Shown here: positions 1 through 8,942 of the stretch, piece after piece | Layout of the letters: the number at the start of each line of letters is the position of its first letter | Numbering within the stretch: the first letter of the stretch is position 1 | Source of the DNA: Acidobacteriota bacterium | GTDB lineage: Bacteria; Acidobacteriota; UBA6911; RPQK01; JAJDTT01 | NCBI GenBank assembly: GCA_965263035.1 | Contig: OZ253580.1 | Location: forward strand, 3,072,001-3,136,000 | Direction: 5' to 3' | Length of the DNA stretch: 64,000 nt | Translations under genes and position numbers: made by a program | Notes under the pieces: model-generated | The model's database searches: none | What the model saw: only the letters and a program-made list of their open reading frames with translations | Told to the model about the DNA's origin: nothing

Positions 1-101
1 TAGTTTCTCAGGATGCAGGAGATGGTCTTGCCGAAAAAACCGTCGGAAGGGTTGCCCAGGAGGCCGATACGAGCGTTCGCCGTGGCCCTAGTGATCTTCA
101 A
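1..101 (-). CDS. GHMP kinase, glucuronokinase-like (5' part only; runs off window)
   Basis: Not in ORF track. From TTG at 101 it reads LKITRATANARIGLLGNPSDGFFGKTISCILRN, the ARxGLLGNPSDG motif of glucuronokinase-type GHMP kinases. Overlaps the galU stop. Confidence 0.8.
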   Translation of the reverse strand, partial: MKITRATANARIGLLGNPSDGFFGKTISCILRN

Positions 102-987
102 CCAAACGCTCCAGCAGACGCTTGCGGAGCCCGGAGCCCAGATCCGGGTCCCGCAGGGCGAACTCGACGAAGGTCTCGAAATAGCTCTCGAAGTTGCCGA
201 TGTCGTAGCGCCTCTCGTTCCCCGGAAGACGGACCCCGATGACCGTTTCGCCTTCTTCCAGAAGCAGTTGGATGGCGTCGGTCAACTGGATCTCCCCGCC
301 GACTCCCGGTCGGATCCGGTCCAGCTTCCGATAGATGGAAGGCGAGAAGACATACCTTCCCACCAAGGCCAGGCAACTGGAGGTGGACCCGACAGGCGGT
401 TTCTCGATCAGACTCAGAATGGGAAATTCGGGACCGTCGCCTCCCGGTTCCACGATCCCATACCGGAAGATGTCCTGCGGAGAAACCGTCTCGACGGCGA
501 CCACGCAGGCCGCCCCCGACTCCCGATAGATTCGGGTCATGGCGCTCACCACGTGCGACGGCGAATCGAGACCGATGATGCTGTCTCCCAGTGCGACGAC
601 GAAGGGACGGTTCTGGGTGAAACGGCGGGCACACCGTACCGCATCCCCCAATCCCCGCTGAAGCCGTTGACGGGTGTAGAAGAACTGGACCTCGGTCTGC
701 TCGTAGTCGAGCTCCAGCAGCAGGTCTTCCTTTCCCGACTCCCTCAGATTCCGGATCAACTGGTGGTCCGGATCGAAGTGGTTCTCGATCGATGTCTTGG
801 TCCTTCCGGTGACGAAGAGGATCTCCTGGATGCCGTTCCTGCCCAGTTCTTCGACCACGTATTGGACCACCGGCTTCTTGGCCACCGGCAACATTTCCTT
901 GGGCTGGGACTTTGTGGCCGGCAGGAGGCGAGTCCCCAATCCGGCTACGGGGACGACGGCGACGCTGATCTCCGGTCCTGATTTCAT
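88..987 (-). CDS. galU: UTP--glucose-1-phosphate uridylyltransferase family
   Basis: AVVPVAGLGTRLLPATKSQPKEMLPV, GLGDA, IEKP, GEIQLTDA and RYDIG motifs. Confidence 0.9.
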   Translation of the reverse strand: MKSGPEISVAVVPVAGLGTRLLPATKSQPKEMLPVAKKPVVQYVVEELGRNGIQEILFVTGRTKTSIENHFDPDHQLIRNLRESGKEDLLLELDYEQTEVQFFYTRQRLQRGLGDAVRCARRFTQNRPFVVALGDSIIGLDSPSHVVSAMTRIYRESGAACVVAVETVSPQDIFRYGIVEPGGDGPEFPILSLIEKPPVGSTSSCLALVGRYVFSPSIYRKLDRIRPGVGGEIQLTDAIQLLLEEGETVIGVRLPGNERRYDIGNFESYFETFVEFALRDPDLGSGLRKRLLERLVEDH

Positions 988-1011
988 CGTGTCTCGTCTC
1001 ACGGACGGCGG

Positions 1012-1497
1012 TCACCCCTGCGGACGGTAGAGCGTCACCAGGCAACCTCCCAGGGCGGCCAGAAGGATGCCCAGGACAAACGGCCACTGGATACTGGAGA
1101 TCCCGCCCGGCGGCGGATGTTTAACCATGGAAGCGAAGGCGTTGACGATGGGCGCTCCGGCGAAGACGATGGCCATGACCACACTGGGAGAGCCCTTGGC
1201 TCCGAAGGCCAGGAGGACTCCGAAGGCTCCGACAGCTCCCAGGATTCCAGCCACGAGTGACAAGCCCATTCCCGGCGCCGGATAGCTCCAGTCCGCCCCT
1301 TGGCTCTTCAGAACCAGCAGCGGAGCCAGGACGGCGATCAGGAAATAGGCCAGACCGACGAACAGGAAGGCCTTGTAACGCCCGTTCACCGGGTCCCCCA
1401 TGGCCACCTGCCCGGCATGGAGAAGGGTGCCGTACATGCCCCAGCAAAACACAGTCATCATCGCGAAGCCGAGCCAAGCCAGTCCCGTACTTGTCAT
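1012..1497 (-). CDS. small multi-TM membrane protein (DMT/EamA-like)
   Basis: About 5 hydrophobic helices; AAGGAGG RBS before ATG 1497. Confidence 0.7.
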   Translation of the reverse strand: MTSTGLAWLGFAMMTVFCWGMYGTLLHAGQVAMGDPVNGRYKAFLFVGLAYFLIAVLAPLLVLKSQGADWSYPAPGMGLSLVAGILGAVGAFGVLLAFGAKGSPSVVMAIVFAGAPIVNAFASMVKHPPPGGISSIQWPFVLGILLAALGGCLVTLYRPQG

Positions 1498-1553
1498 GAA
1501 ATTCCTCCTTGGTTGGATACGGAGTATAGCCCGAATTTTTCGCCGGGGCGCTG

Positions 1554-1645
1554 CTGGGAGGGGGGACATTTTGTCCCCCTCTTCATTCTTGTCCTTACTC
1601 TTCATCGCGGACCCGGAATCGGGGGTTGAAAACCCCCGCTCCTAT
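1554..1645. repeat. REP doublet, family 1, copy A
   Basis: Hairpins GGGGGACA-ttt-TGTCCCCC and GGGGGTT-gaa-AACCCCC; similar to 24428-24502 and 49045-49110. Confidence 0.8.
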
Positions 1646-2802
1646 CCGAGCCTGAAATCCAAGAGAATCGGGTCGTGATCCGACAGCTTGCCGAAGGTCT
1701 CCTCGAGTCCGCCGATGACCCGTGGAGGGGACTGGGGATCGGGCAGGATCCCCTTGCCGCCGAACCAGTCCAGCTTCATGGAACATCGGCCTTGATGGTC
1801 CTTCAGGGCCCAGTCGATGAACCAGAAACACCAATTGGGGATCCACTCGGCCATGTTCCGGTTGGTGGCCAGGTTGGCGGCGTCGTAGTGGAGTGTGCAG
1901 ACACCCATCTGGTTCAGGTCCCGATAGCGGTAGCCTCGGTTCTCCAGTTCCCGGAATAGTCGCCGTTCAAACCGGCGTTCCGGATACGGGTAGTGGTTGT
2001 CCAGGACGTTGTCGATCCCCATGAGCACCCGCCGGGCGTATCCGAGAATCGAGTACACGGCGCGGCGCGCGTGGTGGGTGGAGGTGTTCCAGTCGCCTCC
2101 GATGAGCACCGGCAGCGAAGGGCGCCAGCGTTGGAGATGGTCCAGCAACAGGGACATCTGAAGATGCCGATGCGCCTGGCTGGAGTGGGCGTCCAAGTGG
2201 AGGCTGACGGCGCGGAATCGCCCCAGAGGATGCTCGACCAGACCCAGGATCGCCCGCTGGCACCCCAGGCGCTTCTCCTTCCCCCTCATCTTGTCCTTGC
2301 CGTTGGGAAGGGGTAGCGCATGGGGCTCCGAAACCGGATGCCTCGAGAGCAGCGCGTTCCCGTGCAGAGCCTGGGAATTCTCGCCCGGCGCCTCGTTTTC
2401 CAGACCGGCTCCCTTGTCCAGATTGAGATAGCTGGGGGCGAAGACGTAGGTCATCCCGAGTTTCCGGGCCAGCTCGCGGGTCACGTGGAGATTTCCGGTT
2501 CGGGCCATTCCGTAATCCAGTTCCGTCAGCAAGAGAATGTCGGCTTCCCGCAAGTGCGGATGTTCCCGGAGAGTGCGGGTCAGGCCGGGTAACTCCAGGC
2601 CGCGTTCGATATTCCAGGCGACCGCGTGGACCGAGCTCCTGTCCGGTCCCGAATGCGGTGCCGGGTCTTCACCGGTCTCGACGGTATTCAGGACCCGGTC
2701 TATTTCCGGCCGGAGCCGGCGATAGAGGGGAGAGGACTCCAGACTGCCGGTCGAAGGGATCTGCCTCAGTTGTGGGAAGTAGCGGTTGATGGAGTGGTCC
2801 AT
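1642..2802 (-). CDS. endonuclease/exonuclease/phosphatase (EEP) family protein
   Basis: WNIERG, LTELD, GNALLS, SLHLD, GGDWN and LSDHDP motifs. Confidence 0.85.
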   Translation of the reverse strand: MDHSINRYFPQLRQIPSTGSLESSPLYRRLRPEIDRVLNTVETGEDPAPHSGPDRSSVHAVAWNIERGLELPGLTRTLREHPHLREADILLLTELDYGMARTGNLHVTRELARKLGMTYVFAPSYLNLDKGAGLENEAPGENSQALHGNALLSRHPVSEPHALPLPNGKDKMRGKEKRLGCQRAILGLVEHPLGRFRAVSLHLDAHSSQAHRHLQMSLLLDHLQRWRPSLPVLIGGDWNTSTHHARRAVYSILGYARRVLMGIDNVLDNHYPYPERRFERRLFRELENRGYRYRDLNQMGVCTLHYDAANLATNRNMAEWIPNWCFWFIDWALKDHQGRCSMKLDWFGGKGILPDPQSPPRVIGGLEETFGKLSDHDPILLDFRLG

Positions 2803-2860
2803 CAACCCGTATCCCGGGGAGGGGATTCGAATCCGCGATTGTCATCCCGGACCGTTTCTC

Positions 2861-3307
2861 TCACCAGAGTGCTCCGGAAACGGAATCCCCTTCCAGAAGC
2901 AGCAGCACGAAGATGACGAAATTGATGGCGTGCGAAGTGAAGCAGAGGACGCAGGGAACCCGGGTCAGGAACAGCAGGGAGTAGGTGAGAAACAGCCCCA
3001 GGAGAACCGTGACTAGACTTGCCAGCAGTGACAAGTGGAAGATGGGAAAGGTGAAGAGGAAGCCCTCCAAGGTCCCGGCGGCGATGAACGGGTAGAAGAG
3101 TTGCGCCAGAACCGAGTTGGGGACTCCGAAGACACGGGCCCGGGGTGTGAAGACGATGGTGGCGCAGGTCTTTTCTCCCATCCTGCAGAAGCTGGGAATC
3201 CAGGCGGCGTCCGGCCGTACCCAGCGGTAGGCCACGGCCGTGAAATAGGATGAGATGATGAAGCCTGTCAGTGCCAGGACGACCAGCAGTAAAGACGTCC
3301 AACTCAT
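2861..3307 (-). CDS. vitamin K epoxide reductase (VKOR) family protein
   Basis: Loop cysteines CRMGEKTC, FGVPNS, CxxC (CVLC) at the last TM; real start MSWTSLLL at 3307. Confidence 0.85.
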   Translation of the reverse strand: MSWTSLLLVVLALTGFIISSYFTAVAYRWVRPDAAWIPSFCRMGEKTCATIVFTPRARVFGVPNSVLAQLFYPFIAAGTLEGFLFTFPIFHLSLLASLVTVLLGLFLTYSLLFLTRVPCVLCFTSHAINFVIFVLLLLEGDSVSGALW

Positions 3308-3343
3308 GCCTGCCGCCCGCCTCTCGCGTTTCTCCGCCGCCCC

Positions 3344-4930
3344 ATGGTGGGACGTATTGTATCCCCCCATTGGCCCCGGGTGCAGCGTGCAGGCCCTCGA
3401 ATTCGGCGGGGAGCACAGATCTTGAACAACGTCCGGGCGGGTCGGCTCCATGTCCTGACACTGGATGCCGGGACTTCTTCCTTGCGGGCTCAGGTGTGGG
3501 GAGTGGACGGGCGTCCCCTGCCTGAAATCGGTGCCCGGGCCCACTATCGCCTTTGGACCGACCCGGAGGGCGGGGCCCGGCTGGAGCCGGAGGAGGTCCT
3601 TTCGGCCGTGTCCGAAGCGCTCGACGAGACGGTGGCTCGAGCCGAGTCCCGGGACGCCCGGATCGCCGCCGTCGCCCTGGACACGCTCTCTCCCACCCTC
3701 CTCGGAGTGGACGAGCAGGGCCGCCCGCTGACGCCGATCTACACCTATGCCGACACCCGCAGCCGGCAGGCCGCCGCCGACCTCAGGCAAAGGCTGGATC
3801 CTGCGGAGGTCCACGAGCGCACGGGCTGTCCCATCCACAGCAGCTATCTTCCCTCCCGCCTCCTCTGGCTGGAACAGAGCCGGCCCCGGCTCTTCTCCCG
3901 AGTCGCCCGCTGGATGACTCTGGGCGAGTTTCTTTATTCGCGATTCTTTCGGACCTGCGGTGTGAGCTATTCCGCGGCCTCCTGGAGCGGCCTCCTGAAC
4001 CGACACCGCCTGGACTGGGACGAGTCCTGGATTTCGCTCCTCCCGATCCGGAGGACTCAGCTCTCGCCGCTTCGCGATTGCACGGAACCGTTCACGGGAT
4101 TGCGTGATCCCTGGGCTCGGCGCTGGCCGGCCCTGGCTCGAGTCCCCTGGTTCCCGGCGGTGGGAGACGGAGCCGCCGCCAACGTGGGCAGCGGCTGCAT
4201 ACGATCGGACCGGGTGGCCCTCACCATCGGCTCCACCGGGGCGATCCGGGCGGTCCTGGACCGGCCTGCCTCCCCCCTTCCCGCGGGTCTCTGGAGCTAC
4301 CTGGTCGATGCCGGACGTCCCCTCTTGGGGGGAGCCACCACCGAGGGGGGCAGCGTCTTCTCGTGGTTGACCAGCCGGCTGCAGGTCGATTTCGAACCGG
4401 ACCGTCTGGAAGCCGAGCTGCAAGCCATGGAGCCGGCGGCGCACGGCCTGGTCTTCCTGCCGTTCCTGGCGGGAGAAAGGAGCCCCGGGTGGCGTGACGA
4501 AGCCCGGGGGAGCCTGGTGGGTTTGACGCTGTCGACGCGGCCGGTGGAAATCGTCCGGGCGGCTCTGGAATCGATCGCCTACCGGCTCTGTCTGGTCTAC
4601 AGGTTCATGGAGCCCCACTTGTCCCGGCAGCACGAGATCATCGGCGGAGGTGCCGGGCTGCTCTCCTCACCCGCCTGGCTCCAGATCCTGGCGGACGTCC
4701 TCGGCCGCCGGGTCACCGCCTGCGCCGAGCCCGAAGTGACGGGACGGGGAACCGCCCTGCTGGCGCTCGAGTCCTGGGTCTGGTTTCGGACTTGGCGGCG
4801 GTCCCGCCAAAGATGGGCAGGAGTTACGATCCCGACCCCGAGCGCAGCCGCCGTCACCGCGAGGCGATGGAGCGTCATCTGGAGCTATACCAGCGCCTGG
4901 TCGGCGTGCCTTGGGCTTGACAGCCCGTAG
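3344..4930 (+). CDS. gluconokinase, FGGY family (apparent frameshift near 4773; start uncertain)
   Basis: LDAGTSS, YTYADTRS, GDGAAANVGSG and LPFLAGERSPGW motifs; near gnd; family-like C-terminus lies in another frame ending TGA 4920. Confidence 0.85.
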   Translation: MVGRIVSPHWPRVQRAGPRIRRGAQILNNVRAGRLHVLTLDAGTSSLRAQVWGVDGRPLPEIGARAHYRLWTDPEGGARLEPEEVLSAVSEALDETVARAESRDARIAAVALDTLSPTLLGVDEQGRPLTPIYTYADTRSRQAAADLRQRLDPAEVHERTGCPIHSSYLPSRLLWLEQSRPRLFSRVARWMTLGEFLYSRFFRTCGVSYSAASWSGLLNRHRLDWDESWISLLPIRRTQLSPLRDCTEPFTGLRDPWARRWPALARVPWFPAVGDGAAANVGSGCIRSDRVALTIGSTGAIRAVLDRPASPLPAGLWSYLVDAGRPLLGGATTEGGSVFSWLTSRLQVDFEPDRLEAELQAMEPAAHGLVFLPFLAGERSPGWRDEARGSLVGLTLSTRPVEIVRAALESIAYRLCLVYRFMEPHLSRQHEIIGGGAGLLSSPAWLQILADVLGRRVTACAEPEVTGRGTALLALESWVWFRTWRRSRQRWAGVTIPTPSAAAVTARRWSVIWSYTSAWSACLGLDSP

Positions 4931-4932
4931 TA

Positions 4933-5416
4933 ACGGTCGTCACGGCATTCGACCGGCTGTGCCTCGTGGCGGACCGAGTTGCTCCACGGTGACATACTCC
5001 CGGAATGCTTGTTGGGAGGGTCCGTCCGAGGTGCCTCAAGCTCCCCGCGCTGATCGATCCCCAGCCGTCTCGCCAGCACCCGAAAAATCGGATTCGGCCG
5101 CTTGCCCCAGGATCTACGATCTCCATGAGACCGCGCGGCCGGATCGGTGTCGATGGCCATTGGCAGAAGTCTCTCTGCTAAACTGGACCCCATGCCTGTG
5201 ATGCTGTCGGATACCTACGAGGCCCTGATATCCGCCGGAGCGGATGAAACCAAGGCCAAGGCTGCCGCTGAGGAAATCGCACACTTCGACCGGCGGCTGA
5301 ATCGGATTGAAGTTCCGCTGGGGATTATCGTTGCTCTGCAGATTGCGACTTTCGGAGCCGTCATTTTCAAGTAGGTCGTCCTTGAACTGAGGGATTGGTC
5401 AAAGGCACTGCGACCG
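4933..5416 (+). ncRNA. ssrS: 6S RNA, apparently interrupted (halves ~4933-5050 and ~5375-5416)
   Basis: GCTCCACGGT and GGTCCGTCCGAGGTGCCTCAAG form a long internal stem; CCTTGAAC...GGTCAAAGG in the 3' half; terminal pairing CGGTCGT/GCGACCG. Blocks resemble E. coli 6S as recalled. Confidence 0.65.
5192..5374 (+). CDS. small coiled-coil/C-terminal TM protein (DUF1640/CCDC90-like)
   Basis: DTYEALISAGADETKAKAAAEEI, short coiled coil, C-terminal TM; TGcTAAACT extended -10 at 5176-5184, likely leaderless. Confidence 0.7.
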   Translation: MPVMLSDTYEALISAGADETKAKAAAEEIAHFDRRLNRIEVPLGIIVALQIATFGAVIFK

Positions 5417-5654
5417 AAATCAAGTTTGTAATTCCGCAACTCGCCCGCCGTTCTTTTCCTCTTTCCCGGTGAGCCCATTCCGGCGAATAACTCACATTTC
5501 CTGATGCGCGATCTGGGCGTTGACGAACTCACGACCCCGTGGGCGTTCTCTCTGATTCGGTGGGCCCATACTGAGGATTTTTATATCTCTGTGTCTGTAA
5601 CTAAGGGTTAGGGCTAGAATAGGGGTTCTTCGCACTGGACAGGAGAATACGAAG

Positions 5655-7097
5655 ATGGAAACCAAGGCGGATATCGGACTCATCGGTTTGGCGGTCATGG
5701 GCCAGAATCTAGTCTTGAACATGGATGATCACGGCTACACGGTGGCGGTCTACAACCGGACGGTCTCGAAAGTGGACGAATTTCTCTCCGGGTCCGCTCG
5801 GGGAACGCGGGTTCTGGGCGCTCATTCCCTGGACGAGTTCGTCGGAATGCTCAAACGGCCGAGGCGGGTCATGCTGATGGTCAAGGCCGGCTGGCCCGTC
5901 GACGAATTCATCCGGCAACTCCTGCTCCATCTGGAGCCGGGAGACATCATCATCGACGGCGGAAACTCCAACTACGAGGACACCCGGCGGAGGGTTTCCC
6001 TGGTGGAGTCCAAGGGCCTTCTGTATATCGGGACCGGGGTCTCCGGAGGCGAGGAGGGAGCCCGGCGAGGCCCGTCCATCATGCCCGGAGGATCCGCCGA
6101 GGCCTGGCCTCAGGTCCGGCCCCTCTTCCAGGCCGTGTCGGCCAAGGTGGACGGGGGCGAACCCTGCTGCGACTGGGTCGGTGACGACGGCGCGGGACAC
6201 TTCGTCAAGATGGTCCACAACGGCATCGAATACGGGGACATGCAGCTCATCTGCGAGGCGTACCATCTGATGAAGGCGGGATTGGGGATGCCCGCGGACG
6301 AGATCAGCCGCGTCTTCGCCCGCTGGAACCGGGGGAGGCTGGATTCCTATCTGATCCGGATCACCCGGGACATTCTGGCGGTCAAGGATGACGATGGAAG
6401 TCCGCTGGTGGAAAAGGTCCTGGATACCGCGGGTCAGAAGGGAACCGGACGGTGGACCGTCATCTCGGCGTTGAACCTGGGCGTGCCTCTCACCCTCATC
6501 GGAGAGGCCGTGCTGGCGCGGGCCCTGTCGGCCATCAAGGAGGATCGGGTCGAAGCCTCCCAGGTGCTGACCGGACCCGGCCCCGCCGGCACCGCGCTTC
6601 GATCCGACCTGGTCGACGACCTGGAGCAAGCCCTCTACGCGTCCAAGATCATCTCCTACGCCCAGGGGTACCAGTTGATGCGGGCGGCCGCGTCCGAATA
6701 CGGTTGGAACCTCGATTTCGGGGGCATCGCCCTGCTGTGGAGAGGGGGTTGCATTATTCGGTCCGTCTTCCTGGGGAAGATCAAGGAGGCCTTCGACCGG
6801 GAGCCGCATCTGAAGAACCTGCTCCTGGATCCCTATTTCAAGGAGCAGGTGGAAGGTGCGCAGGGGTCGTGGCGGCGTGTCGTTTCCCGGGCGGTCCGCT
6901 GGGGAATCCCGGTTCCGGCGACCTCCAGCGCCCTGGCCTTCTACGACGGCTACCGGCAGGCTTGGCTTCCCGCCAACCTGCTGCAGTCCCAGCGGGACTA
7001 CTTCGGCGCCCACACCTACGAGCGTGTGGACCGGCCTCGCGGCGAGTTCTTCCATACCCGCTGGACGGATTCCGTCGAGGCTGAAGTTTCAGACTGA
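5655..7097 (+). CDS. gnd: 6-phosphogluconate dehydrogenase, NADP-dependent decarboxylating
   Basis: GLIGLAVMGQNL, GVSGGEEGA, KMVHNGIEYGDMQ and QRDYFGAHTYER motifs. Confidence 0.98.
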   Translation: METKADIGLIGLAVMGQNLVLNMDDHGYTVAVYNRTVSKVDEFLSGSARGTRVLGAHSLDEFVGMLKRPRRVMLMVKAGWPVDEFIRQLLLHLEPGDIIIDGGNSNYEDTRRRVSLVESKGLLYIGTGVSGGEEGARRGPSIMPGGSAEAWPQVRPLFQAVSAKVDGGEPCCDWVGDDGAGHFVKMVHNGIEYGDMQLICEAYHLMKAGLGMPADEISRVFARWNRGRLDSYLIRITRDILAVKDDDGSPLVEKVLDTAGQKGTGRWTVISALNLGVPLTLIGEAVLARALSAIKEDRVEASQVLTGPGPAGTALRSDLVDDLEQALYASKIISYAQGYQLMRAAASEYGWNLDFGGIALLWRGGCIIRSVFLGKIKEAFDREPHLKNLLLDPYFKEQVEGAQGSWRRVVSRAVRWGIPVPATSSALAFYDGYRQAWLPANLLQSQRDYFGAHTYERVDRPRGEFFHTRWTDSVEAEVSD

Positions 7098-7106
7098 GGA
7101 ACACCA

Positions 7107-7123
7107 TTGGCATAATATGCCAA
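7107..7123. promoter_or_regulatory. palindromic operator upstream of parDE
   Basis: TTGGCAT-aat-ATGCCAA with perfect 7-bp arms, 20 bp before the antitoxin ATG. Confidence 0.65.
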
Positions 7124-7143
7124 AGTATTTCTGAATAAGGATC

Positions 7144-7446
7144 ATGCCGACGCGAAACGTCGTTCTCACGGAACAACAGGCAAAGTTCGTCAAGCAGATG
7201 GTTTCCTCGGGGCGCTATCAGAACGCCAGTGAGGTTCTGCGCGAGGGGATCCGACTGATCCAGCGTCAAGAACAGAAATACGAAGCCCAACTGAAGGGGT
7301 TGCGGGAAGCGGCCAAGATCGGAATTGCTGACATCGACTCCGGATGCTTCCAAAGCTTTGACGCGCCGGAACAGCTACGCCGCCACCTGGGAGAATTGGC
7401 CCGCGATGCGATGGGTGAACATTCCCTTGAATCGACCTGGGAGTGA
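7144..7446 (+). CDS. ParD family antitoxin (RHH)
   Basis: MPTRNVVLT...SGRYQNASEVLREGIRL signature. Confidence 0.9.
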   Translation: MPTRNVVLTEQQAKFVKQMVSSGRYQNASEVLREGIRLIQRQEQKYEAQLKGLREAAKIGIADIDSGCFQSFDAPEQLRRHLGELARDAMGEHSLESTWE

Positions 7447-7796
7447 TGATTTCGCGTCGCAGATGGCGTATTCGTATGACGGTCGCGGCCGAGAGAGACT
7501 TCCAGAACATTCTGGTTTGGACTTCTGACCACTTTGGTGGGCGCCAGACTCGCATCTATGCGGATACCCTGAGCCAAGCTATTGAGGCGTTGACGGCAGA
7601 GCCGGACTTGGCCGGGTCCAGGAAGTGCAATGATATCGGCGAAGACATCCGGGTACTTCACGTCGCTCGTGGAGGACGGAGGGGCCGCCATTTCATCCTG
7701 TGCCGTGCCAATTCCCGAGTCGATCCCCCCACAATCGACGTGCTCCGGTTGCTGCATGACTCCATGGATTTACCCCGCCAAGTAGATTCTTCTTGA
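7443..7796 (+). CDS. ParE/RelE family toxin
   Basis: AAERDFQNILVWT..FG..Q...Y and IDVLRLLHDSMDL; overlaps the antitoxin stop. Confidence 0.9.
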   Translation: MMISRRRWRIRMTVAAERDFQNILVWTSDHFGGRQTRIYADTLSQAIEALTAEPDLAGSRKCNDIGEDIRVLHVARGGRRGRHFILCRANSRVDPPTIDVLRLLHDSMDLPRQVDSS

Positions 7797-7860
7797 GACC
7801 GTGTCGGCTAACGGATTCTGCTGGTTCGCAATACCAGGAACCCACGGATCCAACGCCGCC

Positions 7861-8739
7861 TCAGACCAGATCCTGGAAGGCTCGAAACAGGGTTCGGTAG
7901 TATCGCATGACCCGGATCGGATCGGTGCTCTCGGGGATCTCGGCCAGGCAGTAGCCCGGGTATTCCAGCTCCCGGAGCAGACGGAACAAGAGCCGCCAGG
8001 GATACTCCTCGACGAAGAGGTCCCTCATGTGGACCAGGGCGATCCGGTCCTTGATCCGGTTGAAGTTGGTCTCCACTCCCCCGTCCAGGAGGTCCGTCTT
8101 GTTGGAGTTCCAACAGATCCGGACGTTGTCGTGATCCGCGTAGTCCAACATCTTGCGGATGCGGGGGATGCGGCCGGTCTCGCGTCCGTGAACCTCCATC
8201 CGGATCTGGACGCCCCAGCCGTTGCCGAAGGCTCCGCATTCCCTCAGGGCCAGTCCGATCTGTTCCAGGGTCCTCTCCTCCGGGACCCCCTCGGGAAGAC
8301 CGTTGGGGCGCACCTTGACGCCGGGGGCTCCGACGTCGTGGGCCAGCCGGACAAAGGCCTTGGTCTCTTCGATGTTGCGGCGCAGGACTTCCGGATCGGG
8401 TGAGTGATACTCGCAGGCGCTGCCCAGGCCGACCAGACGGACCGGTGAATCCTGAAATCGCATCATCACCTCCCGGCGCTTCTCGGGAGAAATGTCGATC
8501 TCGACGCCATGGGCGTGGGTGCTGCGCAGCTCGACCCCCTCGAACCCGGTTTCGGTGCAGTTGCGGATGAGCGTCTCCAGATCCCAATTCCGGCCCAGGT
8601 TGTAGGTGACCGTTCCCAGACGCAGGGGAGGCTTCCGGGCGGGCTGCCGGGTCGCAACGGGCAAGGCGGAAGTTTCTCCGGTCCGGAGTCCGGCCGACAC
8701 CGATGCCGTCGCAGCCCCCAGAAATCGTCTTCTTTCCAT
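7861..8739 (-). CDS. Tat-exported sugar phosphate isomerase/epimerase (AP endonuclease 2 TIM barrel)
   Basis: MERRRFLG Tat motif; GFEGVELR, MEVHG, VHMRD. Confidence 0.85.
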   Translation of the reverse strand: MERRRFLGAATASVSAGLRTGETSALPVATRQPARKPPLRLGTVTYNLGRNWDLETLIRNCTETGFEGVELRSTHAHGVEIDISPEKRREVMMRFQDSPVRLVGLGSACEYHSPDPEVLRRNIEETKAFVRLAHDVGAPGVKVRPNGLPEGVPEERTLEQIGLALRECGAFGNGWGVQIRMEVHGRETGRIPRIRKMLDYADHDNVRICWNSNKTDLLDGGVETNFNRIKDRIALVHMRDLFVEEYPWRLLFRLLRELEYPGYCLAEIPESTDPIRVMRYYRTLFRAFQDLV

Positions 8740-8942
8740 GGTTCTCTCCCTGATTAACAGTCCGTGGTGAAAGTCCCGCGTAGCACCGAGACCGGGGCTG
8801 GGCCCGCCGGACAAGGCGCGACGAGGGAGCATATTCGACCATATGTGACCGAGTCGCAACGCAGTCCGCGCACGATGCAGACTCGGTCGAATGCCGCGAC
8901 GACTTTTGCCGCGGGCTGGTATGCTCCCGTGCGGACTCGGCG

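Noticed and set aside
4917-4945. TTGACA as the -35 of a 6S promoter
   Set aside because: No acceptable -10 at 16-18 nt spacing, and the implied start would fall inside the closing stem.
4915-5050. IscB omegaRNA/HEARO interpretation of the structured region
   Set aside because: No adjacent IscB/HNH ORF, and the sequence blocks and terminal pairing fit 6S better.
5492-5650. Minus-strand ORF fragment ...REFVNAQIAHQEM
   Set aside because: No recognisable family and no convincing start.
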